Part shown: positions 1 to 9,300 of the stretch, one piece after another
Layout: the number at the start of each line of letters is the position of its first letter
How positions within the stretch are numbered: the stretch's first letter is position 1
DNA from: Microbotryum violaceum
Taxonomy: Eukaryota
Direction of reading: 5' to 3'
Length of the DNA stretch: 20,000 nucleotides
Assembly (NCBI GenBank): GCA_001244265.2
Contig: CDLV01000016.1
Coordinates: 1,040,118 to 1,060,117, forward strand
Notes under the pieces: model-generated
Database searches by the model: none
The model's input: the letters and a program-made list of their open reading frames with translations, nothing else
What the model was told of the DNA's origin: nothing
Made by a program: the position numbers and the translations under genes

Positions 1-186
1 TTGTCGTCGAGCGAATGTGAGGCAACAAATCTGTTTGGTCCATGATAAGTGTACTGTACTTGTTCGCCATGCTGGCAAGAGCGACTGCGTCTTGTCAAGC
101 CAGGCTCCCAAATGCTGTCCAATGAGTCGCAATGACTCGGCGTCGGGAGGCACGACTATGACACGTGAACTGGTAGAAATCGACAT
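1..186 (-). CDS. Putative gag-like ORF start of an LTR retrotransposon (partial, runs off the window edge; may be degenerate)
   Basis: ATG at 186 (minus) reads MSISTSSRVIVVPPDAESLRLIGQHLGAWLDKTQSLLP... for 62 codons with no stop to position 1. It starts about 30 nt after the PBS-like motif. The gag identity is inferred from position, not from a motif. Confidence 0.45.
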   Translation of the reverse strand, partial: MSISTSSRVIVVPPDAESLRLIGQHLGAWLDKTQSLLPAWRTSTVHLSWTKQICCLTFARRQ

Positions 187-215
187 CGCCGCAGGGTGGG
201 TGGACACAAATGCCA

Positions 216-225
216 CTTGATACCA
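216..225 (-). other. Primer-binding-site-like motif (TGGTATCAAG)
   Basis: The minus strand reads ...CTAGTCA-T-TGGTATCAAG. This is an LTR-terminal CA, one spacer base, then TGG (complement of the tRNA CCA end), with the TGGTATCA core typical of tRNA-Met-primed elements. Confidence 0.6.
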
Positions 226-226
226 A

Positions 227-509
227 TGACTAGTGTGTCGGACCGACTGAGCACCGTTCGTGACTGATGAACTGCTCCACGGTGGAGGAGGGCTGTACCG
301 ACACATGTCCGCACATGAGGCTGCGGTCCGCACATGAAATCTGTGGTCCGCACATGAGAATTTGAAATCACCATAAGTCTTGCAACACATATCGTATCAT
401 GTTCTTCTTGCAGGTTCAACCTAGAAATACTTACATATTTGTCCTACGACATCGAAAAGATACGATATCGTCATGTATTGACCTATAATCAAGTGTCCGC
501 ACATGTACA
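227..509 (-). mobile_element. Putative 5' LTR (~283 bp) of an LTR retrotransposon
   Basis: On the minus strand it begins TGTACATGTG at 509 and ends ...AGTCA at 227 (TG...CA rule), directly followed by the PBS-like motif and an ORF. It is less GC-rich than the DNA from 510 onward and has internal repeats. The 509 boundary is inferred. Confidence 0.55.
307..505. repeat. Four copies of the 11-mer GTCCGCACATG
   Basis: Exact copies at 307-317, 326-336, 346-356 (19-20 bp period) and 495-505. Confidence 0.95.
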
Positions 510-1309
510 ACCTCCGTCTCGGTCGAGTTCTGCGACGCTCCCGAGCTCGTCAACGGATTTGTCGCCTTCTGACCCTTCTTGTGCCGGCGCCTCGTTTGTT
601 TGGCCTTTCGCCGCCGCTTCTTGGAATCTTCCACAGGACCAGGGCCTCCACCATCCACCTCCCTCACGAGATCTTCCAGTGCACCCGACATTGTGAACAT
701 CCTGTACACCTGGGCCAGAGCCCCGGCGCACTTTGAGCCGTCCGAGTCGCCGGTAGACGTAGTAGCAGATTGGCCCGAGGCGATCGCGCGTGCCCGCCGC
801 CCCTGTTTCGCAGACATTGCCTTGACCCTGGGCGGGGCTGGGGTCGTGATCTTCTTCGCCTTATTGGAGCCTTCCGATCCGGACTCGACGATCGGGCGCT
901 CGGGGGTCAAAAGGTGAAAGCCATCCGCCCCGACGGCGCCCTTGGTCGCAATCTGGCGGGTCGACGCACATCTCCCGGGCTGCACGGCCTCGAGTCGTGT
1001 CTTTCGATCGCGAATCAATGCGAGAGGCTGGAGGGGACCCATCTCGAATCCGTGGCCTTGGCGCCCTTGCAGGAGCGGGGTTGCACGGAACGGGCGCAGC
1101 GCAGGCGTGGACTGGCGACGCAGGTGTTCGTCCGAACCCCCATCGAACGAAGTGTCGGGGAAGAGGACCCGGGGCGAATGTTCGATGGCTCGCGGGGCGC
1201 TCGGTGGCTTCGAGACCAAGTCGCACCGATAGAAGTCGTACAGGTTGCGGATGGGAGTAATTGCATCGCAGATGGCGCGAACGTCAAGTTTGGTGCCGAC
1301 TCGATGCAA
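510..1309 (-). pseudogene. Unknown ORF (about 266 codons), apparently truncated by the LTR insertion; probably repeat-associated
   Basis: Part of the 431..1309 ORF. It is GC-rich and protein-like, with a basic NLS-like stretch (SKKRRRKAKQTRRRHKK). The last ~26 codons read into the putative LTR. No recognisable domain. Confidence 0.35.
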
Positions 1310-1445
1310 GACCGCTGCGGCGTGTTCCTAACCTTGGCTCCAAGTGGCGAGTTGAAAGACTGACGGATCCAACCGGTATCGAAGGTTACGGTCCAGCCAA
1401 GCTCGAAAATCGCTTGATAAGTGCCAAGCCTGGCCTCAGGGCGAG

Positions 1446-1503
1446 TATAAAAGCGCCCCCCCCCCCCCCCTCTCACCTCTCTCTCTCTCTTTCCTTCTTC
1501 TTC
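1446..1503 (+). promoter_or_regulatory. TATA-like box followed by a C15 run and a CT-rich tract
   Basis: TATAAAAG, then poly-C at 1456-1470 and a (CT)n/CTT tract. This layout resembles a fungal core promoter or an LTR U3/R region. No downstream gene was identified. Confidence 0.35.
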
Positions 1504-1892
1504 GTTGATGAGTACCTCTCACATGGCTCCTCCACCACTGGGCCGAAACCGACTAGCGCATCGACGCAGCACCGAGGCGGTAGGTGGTGGAAGTCGGCAG
1601 TAGTGTACCATCAGCCACCGTGAGTTCACCCCTCCCACTTGTTGCAAGTATGTACCACCGTCGCTGACTTGGGCACTGCCCTCCTCTGGTCTTGACTCGG
1701 ATCGTCACCAGCCTCCGATCTCGCTCTTGATCGAAGAGGGGCCCACGGCAGTCCTGGTCGTCTTGCGAGGTAAAAAGTTTGGGAGAGGTTGTTGGTTATC
1801 ATTGTATCGGGTCAGTCCCGCTTGTGGCCGGCTCGCAGCTGCGGCATCATCGGCCGGACCCGACCTCGTACGACGGACTTGGGCTGACCTTG

Positions 1893-2445
1893 CTCTCACC
1901 TTCACCTTTGCATACCCGTTCATCTTCATCTTCATCCACCTTCACATCACACCTTACTCACCTCCATCACCATCTTCACCTCCACATCCGATTCTTTTCT
2001 TCACCCTTCACCCTTCACCCTTCCCCATTGTCAGAGTGTATATTGTTGTTTCATCCCACTTCTATTACCGATCACGATTAGTTACTAGTTGTTGATATTA
2101 GTCGCCTCGCGCGGCTATTGCTTGCCTCGCGCGCTCCTACTCTGCGCTTCTCTTCTTTCTCCAACTGTCTTTACTATCATCCTCGGCTCTCGTACTAAAC
2201 GTATCTCGTGCCTCGGCTTTAGGTTCTAATACCCATCACGTTCGCTTCCGCCTCGAAACACCTCCACCTCACCACCTTGATCCCTTGTCGTCACCTCTAC
2301 ATCTGTTCCTCCCCATTGCACCGCCACCTTTGACTTACCCTCATTTCATGCTGCTCTTTTTTTGACCTTGATCTTGAACGCCGACCTCGCCTTCACCGCA
2401 CCGTCAACCTCTTGCTTACGTCATCCACCTCCACCTCCACCTTTA
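1893..2445. repeat. Pyrimidine-rich low-complexity region (CTTCAC/CTTCAT and CCACCT units)
   Basis: Imperfect CTTCAY hexamer repeats at ~1895-2022 and CCACCT repeats at ~2260-2277 and ~2425-2442, with strong C/T skew on the plus strand. Confidence 0.7.
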
Positions 2446-2832
2446 CCCTAACTAGTAAAAAAAGTGTGAGTTAAGGAATGTACCTAAAATCGCTGTTTTT
2501 AATTAGGTTGCGGCCGCCTGTGGTGGATGTACCAGCATACTGTTGTGTCTGCCGCACCTGCCTGTGGTGTCCATGGTCCGATCAGAAGTCATGTACAAGC
2601 GCTGTGGTGACTTGTATTTTCCGCGCCGTTCCAACGAAGCTACAGCGCTCCCAGTATTTTCCTTCTTTTTTTCGCTCACATAAAACAATGCTTCCACTCA
2701 TATTGCATTTAATGAACCGCAAGCGCGTGGCTTTTCATGATATTGCTTCTACAGCAGAGCTCTGCCTGACGTGCGAGGCGAGGGCTGGCGTTTGTCACGT
2801 GATGCGGTGCGCCGGCGGTGGAGTGTCATTCC

Positions 2833-2918
2833 GGCAGTCGACCAGCGGCATCAGGGGCTGAACAACCAATTTGCCCGTATGGCATTCGACCAGCGGCATT
2901 AGGGGCTGAACAACAAAT
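2833..2918. repeat. 38-bp direct repeat, 48-bp period
   Basis: 2833-2870 GGCAGTCGACCAGCGGCATCAGGGGCTGAACAACCAAT and 2881-2918 GGCATTCGACCAGCGGCATTAGGGGCTGAACAACAAAT are 35/38 identical. Confidence 0.95.
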
Positions 2919-3023
2919 CAAACCACGTAAATAATCCTGCGCCACTCCCTCGAACCTTTCCTTTCTCCCTCCCACTCTCATCCAATTTTAGTGACACTCA
3001 TTCAAGAACAAACCTTCGCTACT

Positions 3024-4838
3024 ATGCCCCGGTCCCAAGGTCGCCAGGGAGGGCCATCGCAACCTCGCCAAGTCTTGGGCGCGAGGATAGCGGCGTACCA
3101 TGGGCCAGCTCGAGCGCCCGCTGCTGGGCGCCCCGCGGCTCGACCCTCCTTTTCGTCCCGCACCGATCAACAGAATCAGCCCCCGGCGCGTCATGACAAC
3201 AATGCAACCGATCTTGGCATTGCGACACGTATACGAGCCCGCCGTGCAGCTGTGCAGAACGGACAGCGTCGTCAGCGCGATGGCCAACTCGACGCTGGGC
3301 TCGCCCCACCACCACCTCCGCAAAGGCGAGTGCGCCGGGCTCGAATCGCGCTCAAACCCCTCAAGCCCCACCCACGTTTTCGCAGGGCAAGGTGCGGCTA
3401 CCTCCCCCTCCCCAGCCCAATCTCGAGTATCGGCAGCTTCTTCAAGGCTCGGATAGCGGTCAGTTGCTCCGTCCAACAACATTCGTCTGCAGTAGACCCA
3501 CATGCTGAATTGTGCGATGCACCTACACAGACGCTAAAGCATTCCGCGAGAATGCCCGGTCTTACAATAACGCGTTGTCCTTTACTTCGCTCGCTGCCCA
3601 CTGGGACCAAACCCAAGTGGGCACTCTAGGACCTCCCGTGTTTCGTGTGTTCGGCCGCCTCTATCATCGACTCGGTGCCCTGATCCCTGCCGTGAATCAA
3701 CGCCCAGCCTTTGCCCAGACATGGCTGATCGACCCGGCCGAGGCCACCGACACACGACTTCAAGGACCCGACAGCGCAGGGACTCGCATTCAAAGATCAA
3801 CGCTGACCAAGCTCGAGTCCATGTTGCGCACCGGCAATCGCTTTGTGAGGGAGTTCGCATCGGCCAAAGCCCGCGCGGGTTGGGATACGGCCAAAGAATG
3901 GGTCCTGCGCCTCTGCCTACCACCAGGCCGAGACCGACGCACCCACAACCTTCCTACGTCAAGCACGGAAATGGCGATGCTTATCTGCGATTCCGACACC
4001 AACACGGGAGATCGTGGACCGCAGGACCTTATTCTCCAGGTGCACGGTGAGCGATGTCCCGATGGTCGGCCCAAGTACCAAGTCGTTAGCTCGCTCTATC
4101 CGTCCGCGATGCCTCTCCGTTACCCACTACTTTTTCCTGCAGGGGAAGATGGCTTCCACCCCAACATTCCTCTTTGCGGGTTCCACCAAGCCGGGCCGCC
4201 AGTCGCTAGAAACCGAGAGCAGATCGACAATGGTGTCCAATTGCGCGAGGTACTTGCCGGTCTTGGTCTGGATGACGAAGACGAACAGGAGGACGAAGAC
4301 CGCGACAATGAGGATGAAGACGGCGAGAAAGGGGACGAAGAGGATGGTGATGGCGAACGTACGCGTCTTCGGCTCTTTCTCTGAGGCTCCATTCTGTCTA
4401 AGGCGCAAGCACAGACTGACATTGAACTTTTGAACACCTAGGACGAAGGTCAAGTAAAGGGGTCGAGGTGGTGAGTCTCGCGTTCACAATTCTTTGCGCA
4501 CTACTTGCCGAACGCGACGAGTACTTCTCAATCCCGCATTGCAACCAACGTCCTTTCCTGGAGTTTGTGATTTACGGATGTACTCCCAAATCAAGACCGA
4601 CTGACTCAGGCTTGACCCCGAACCAAATTGCGACATCACGCAGCGATACCAGGATGCGATGGCGTGCGTTGTCAAACATGGAAAGCCTCCGCTGCTCATC
4701 ACGATGACGTACGACCCCGAAGCACCGGAATTCAAGGCTGCACTGGGGCTGAATGACAAAGCATGCACCCGTCCGGATCTCATTGCACAAGTGTTTGAAG
4801 CCAAATCCGGCAACAAGCGACATGCAGGCTGTTTCGGC
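3024..4838 (+). pseudogene. Helitron Rep/helicase (RepHel) pseudogene, N-terminal and partial Rep region only
   Basis: SQGKVRLPPPPQP (from 3380) splices in phase across intron 3459-3530 to DAKAFRENARSYNNALSFTSL...FRVFGRLYHRLGALIP...PAFAQ...PLRYPLLFPAGEDGFH. After a probable intron at 4359-4441 come degenerate ERDEYFSIPH and YQDAMACVVKHGKPPLLITMTYDP...RPDLIAQVFEAK (Rep motif I region). There are several frameshifts, and no HUH motif or PIF1 helicase. Confidence 0.9.
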
Positions 4839-4958
4839 GATGAATGTAGGATGAATGGATTTGTTTCTTTGCTGTACTTCGTAGGGTGTTTTCTTAACCT
4901 CTGCGCTGAGATCATGTAGACTGTTCGATTATCCTGCTTTTCTTTTTAATTTGATCCT

Positions 4959-4985
4959 CCCGTTAATTTAACGGGTTCCCACTGG
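4959..4985 (+). other. Helitron 3' terminal hairpin and CTRR end
   Basis: CCCGTTAA-T-TTAACGGG is a perfect 8-bp inverted repeat, followed by TTCCCA-CTGG|T. Confidence 0.85.
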
Positions 4986-5068
4986 TCTCTTCAAAAATCC
5001 CGAAAGCATTGCTTCGTCCAGACCGTTCCTAGTTACATGAACATCGCATCTCCTTCTCATCAGACTGC

Positions 5069-6020
5069 TCATTTCGTCTTTTTTCGAGCTCGTTTGCCCT
5101 CGTCTCCTTCTGTCTCTCGTCCAATTCCCCACGGTTCATCTCGATTCAAAGCAGTGTCCTTGGTCTCCTTCGTCGCCCCATCTTCCTCGACTTTCCCGTA
5201 CTTCTCCCTCACCGCCCAACTCCAACACGCCATCTCCAACTCCTCCGCGCTCCCCCACCCCTCCTCCTCCAACCTCACCTTGAATACCTCGCAAAACCGT
5301 TTATAAGCCTTTTCCGTATATTCGGGTTTCTCAGTCGGGAAAAAGACGGTCCATGCTTCGTCGGAAAGGAATGGATCGGTTCGAGGACGGTAGAGGGAGA
5401 GAAGGGCCGAGGAGGTCGCTGGGCCGATACCGCGTAGGGTGGACAGTAAAGGGACGAGCGAGAGGGATGGAGTCGAGCGTTCGAGCAGAGGGGTGAGGAC
5501 GGAGTCGATGAGCGTAGTCGGGTTCGAGGCTGCGAGCTCGATTAAGCGCGGTCGGAATTTGCCTCGCTGAATGAGAGGTGGGGTGAGGTCGGAGCGAGAG
5601 GTGCAGTGACAGCCGTCAGCTCGGACATGTCGCAAAAAGGATACGATGCTCTGCTCATTTCCAGCTACGGATACTTACTGCCAACTTCCATCTCATCAGA
5701 TTGGTCAAGTCATCCCTGTCCAACGGCACCAACTGATTCGCCGAGTTCTTTGTCTTGGTTTTGGGCTTGGTCGCACCGTGGTCAGCATCCCCAGGGGCGC
5801 TAATGCCGAGCTTGTGTCTCAGATCGACTCGAAACCAATGATCGAGTTCGACGAGTTCTTTGGACGACTTTGATGCGTTCGCTCGAAGTGCGAGTGAGGT
5901 GGGGTAGTGCGACAGAGCGGTGCGCAGTTGAGCCAAAGCCGGGGTCGAGCAAGTGGGGGAGCTTGACGACGGGGTGCACGTGGAGGTGGACGCTGGGGCT
6001 TTGCGTTTGGTGGGTGGCAT
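5069..6020 (-). CDS. Uncharacterised helix-hairpin-helix, DNA-glycosylase-like protein (Amun-like family), ~279 aa, 2 exons
   Basis: Exons 6020-5679 and 5566-5069 with a GTAAGT...TTCAG intron at 5678-5567. The join gives LMRWKLA|RGKFRPRL, and an HhH motif LSTLRGIGPATSSALL is followed by PFLSDEA. The family assignment is from motif recall. Confidence 0.85.
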
Positions 6021-6333
6021 CGGGCCAAGGTAGAAGCTGGACAGGAGTCGAAGAGTCCGAGGGGTGAGCTGACAGGGGAGCAAGGCGCACTCGGAGGTTG
6101 CGTCACCGGTGCGGACTGCAATCGTGGGGGTTTGAGGGAGATCGAGTTTGATCGGGGGAGCCAACAAGTGGAGGCGAGTGGGGAAGGTTGTGCTCCTCTT
6201 GGGACTGGTGCGCAGCTCTCTCCCTCTTGCGCTCTCGTCACCCCGTCGCACCACCTTCAACGTCCCAGAGTCTCTCACACCAAGCTTCCAGCGATTGACA
6301 GTGCACTCGTTCAGCTCAAAGTGCCTGCACAGG

Positions 6334-9300
6334 ATGCACTCCCCCTTCTGGATCGATGAGCTCATTAGTTCGACCGAGTTAGGCACCGATGCCGTCACCG
6401 CCACGCTCTTTCATCGTCAGTTGACGCACACAGTACCTTGTTTGAGCTTCATACTGATCAGACCTGAGTGTTGATAGGCGATCGAATTTACCTGGGGACG
6501 GACAAGGGCTCGCTGCTCGTCTTTGAGCTCGCACACGCCTCGACCAGCAGGGGTACGTCGTTACGGCCAAGCCATCTTAGCCCCTAGACGCACTCCACCG
6601 ACTGATCAAGCTACTATCATCGCTCAACCGTACAGCTCCTCCATCGACCAAACTGGCGCTCAAGCAGCCAGCGTTGGCCAAGCGCCCGATCGAGCAGCTC
6701 GTCGCGCTTGATGAGATCGATGCGATCGCCTGTCTTGCAGGTGGGACGGGACAACCGAGCTCATTCGGAGATCCTGGAAGCTTGGACTTTCAGCGCTGAC
6801 GAGGATGCCGTTCCTGCTGTCACACAGGCGGAGACTTGTCGATCCACTCCATGTCCTCCTTAACGCTCCGATCATCGTTCAATCAGCTCACCCGTGCGAC
6901 GTGCTCCTCGATCGCCCGTACGACTTCTTCTACGTCAGTCTCAACGACCAAGCAGAATACGAACCATATCGTCCTCGCTCTTGCATGTCGACGTCGTCTG
7001 ATACTCCTCTCGTGGACCGGGTCGGGCGCCAACGCCGTCGTCTCGAACAAGGAGATCGCTCTCCCGCATCAAGTTCGAGGCATGTCCTTCACCGAGGACG
7101 AAGGCGAGACGGAAACGAGCCTCAAATTGGTTCTAGGCTTCTCGACGGGAGAGTTTGGGATCACCACCGTCCCCAAGGTCAAGCATTCGGCCGAATTCGG
7201 ATCCGAGTCGACGGAGAGGAGCAAAATTCCTAAGTCCCCACCAGGGATCGCGGCTGCGCCAAACTCGGCATCCGGGAAGCTCGATCAACCTGTACTTGGC
7301 GAACTCTTTACTCCGACTTTGGCCGGCGCTGTGACAAAGGACGCCGCCCCGACTTTGCCCACTGTGGTGTCATCGACCGCGATTGAAGGCGGCAAATCCT
7401 CTGCACTGGGGTCGCTCGGACTGGGCGGACTGTCACTGTCGGCGTTGACCACGAAGAAGATCGACAAGAACGAGGTTGTTCTCATACCGCGGAAGAGGAG
7501 GAAAATGAAGAGCGAGGCGAGTGAGGGGCAGTCGGAGGAAGAGAACAGGCGGAGAGCCGAGGAGGACTGGCTGTATGGTAAAGAGTGGGGATGGGACGAT
7601 CAGGACGAAGGAGAGAAAGGGTTCGGAAGCAAAGTGCTCGTCGTTCGAGATAGTAAGTCCCGAGCTGCAATCTCGTTGTCACGGTTAGAGTCTGACCGGT
7701 GCCCGTCGCCTCTCCTTGCAGACCTCGCTCAAGAGCTCGACATTTCCAGCGGACAAGTGCCTCGCACCTCACTGGGCAGCATCTCGTACCCGTCACCTGT
7801 AGAGGAGACGGTCGTCACTCCGCCTTTTATCATTTCGCTTCTTTCCAACTCGACTCTATCGATCCACACGACCGATACGCTCAGATCCGTCCAAGCGCTC
7901 GACTTGCCCATGCAGTCGAATTCTTTGATCGTATCCAATCCTGGTGCGAATAAGATCCAGACCTCGGCGAGACTGTTGACGCCTTCTTCGAGTTCATCCC
8001 CACCCTTGTTCGTTTTGACGACCTCCTCGACGGGTGCAGCGACAGCTGGTGCGACCGCACCGATCGTTTCGCAAACACTTTGGATCGTTCGCTCGCAATC
8101 CTGGATCGAACAAATCGAAGCGCTCGGTGCGCAGGGACTGTGGTCGAAAGCAATTCAATTGTTTCGTCTCGCACTCCCCTTTTCCGAATCGGCTTCTCAG
8201 CAACTTTCGATGGAGACTTTGAAGCGATTGAAACTTTTGAGGAGTTGGGAGTTGTTCAATGAGGGACGGTTTGGATTGGCCGTCGATGCGTTCATTAAGT
8301 TGGAGGTCTCGGCCGTCAAGGTCGTTGGACTGTATCCGGAACGAATCGCGGGACGATTGGTGAGAAATGATGCTGAGAAGGAGGAGGCTTTCGGAGGTCG
8401 CAAGGTCGAGGATGCGCGGGCAATGGAAGAAGCTAAACCCACGGAGGAGGAGGCCGAGACGAAGATGTTGTCTGGTGATGCGGTAGACAGCTCAACAACA
8501 TCGTCACCATCGCATCATCACTTTTCACTCGCCACGCGGTTGAGGGAATTTACGATCGGTAGCTCTTCCGCCACTCCTTCGTCACCGAATTCGACGATCC
8601 GATCGAGCTCGGTCGACTCGGCCCGACTTGGCACCAATAGTTCGGAAGAGGCACAGCAAAAGGCGTTCAACGTATCGGTCGACGAGCTGATTCGATTCCT
8701 CACCGATCGAAGACAGCAAATCAACAAGGCACTATCCCTCCTCCCACCATCTCGAAGACCGCTATCCTCGCGACTGCGACCTCAAGTGACAAAGGAGCAA
8801 CTTGACGACATTCCTGATCGACCGGTCGCGCAACTTAGTATCGAACATCTTGCCCGATTGGCGCAGGTCGTAGATACAGCGCTCTTTAAAAGCTATCTCG
8901 CGACCAAGCCTGTTATGGTAGGGCCGTTATGCAGGATCGATAATTGGTGCGAGGTCGAGGAGGTCGAAGAGGCGCTGCTGGAAAAGAAGGTGAGATCAGT
9001 CTCGGCTTAGAGTGTGAACGTAGGAGGAGGGACGCTGATTCTGCCACCTTTTTGTTGTTGATCATGAGCAGAAGTACCGGGAGCTTTTGGACCTCTACAA
9101 TGGCAAGAGCACGCACCAAAAGGCCGTCAAATTGTTGCGCAGGTGGGCGAGACGTACTTTGCCTAGTCAGGTTCGAGTCCACGACTGACCGCCGCAGGAT
9201 GTCGATCGCACAGAATTGCCGAAGACGAAGATGACCCCGACAAAAAAGTCGAGCCGACGATTCGATACGTGCAAAAAGTAGGACCTGGTCATCTGTCGAC

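Larger units (their letters stand above)
2935..4985 (+). mobile_element. Helitron, internally deleted and non-autonomous (5' end uncertain)
   Basis: Contains RepHel N-terminal motifs. The 3' end is canonical: hairpin at 4959-4975, CTGG at 4982-4985, then host T. A|TC at 2934/2935 is one candidate 5' end, but the element may extend further left. Confidence 0.85.

Noticed and set aside
301..360. Short repeats with spacers as a CRISPR array
   Set aside because: The repeats are 11 bp with 8-9 bp spacers, the context is eukaryotic and there are no cas genes.
2445..2460. CTAGT as a second Helitron 3' end
   Set aside because: There is no hairpin at the expected distance on either strand.
3024..4838. 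RIP-like hypermutation of the Helitron
   Set aside because: CpG, TCG and CpA sites remain abundant and a long frame is open. Decay looks indel-driven, though a copy alignment would be needed to be sure.
5655..6404. 249-aa ORF as the full N-terminus of the Amun-like gene
   Set aside because: It starts at a non-ATG codon and overlaps the VPS39 first exon. ATG 6020 gives a more plausible start.
9190..9213. Alternative VPS39 acceptor CAG at 9197
   Set aside because: It lies very close to the CTGAC branch site and breaks the frame. The acceptor at 9213 restores it.
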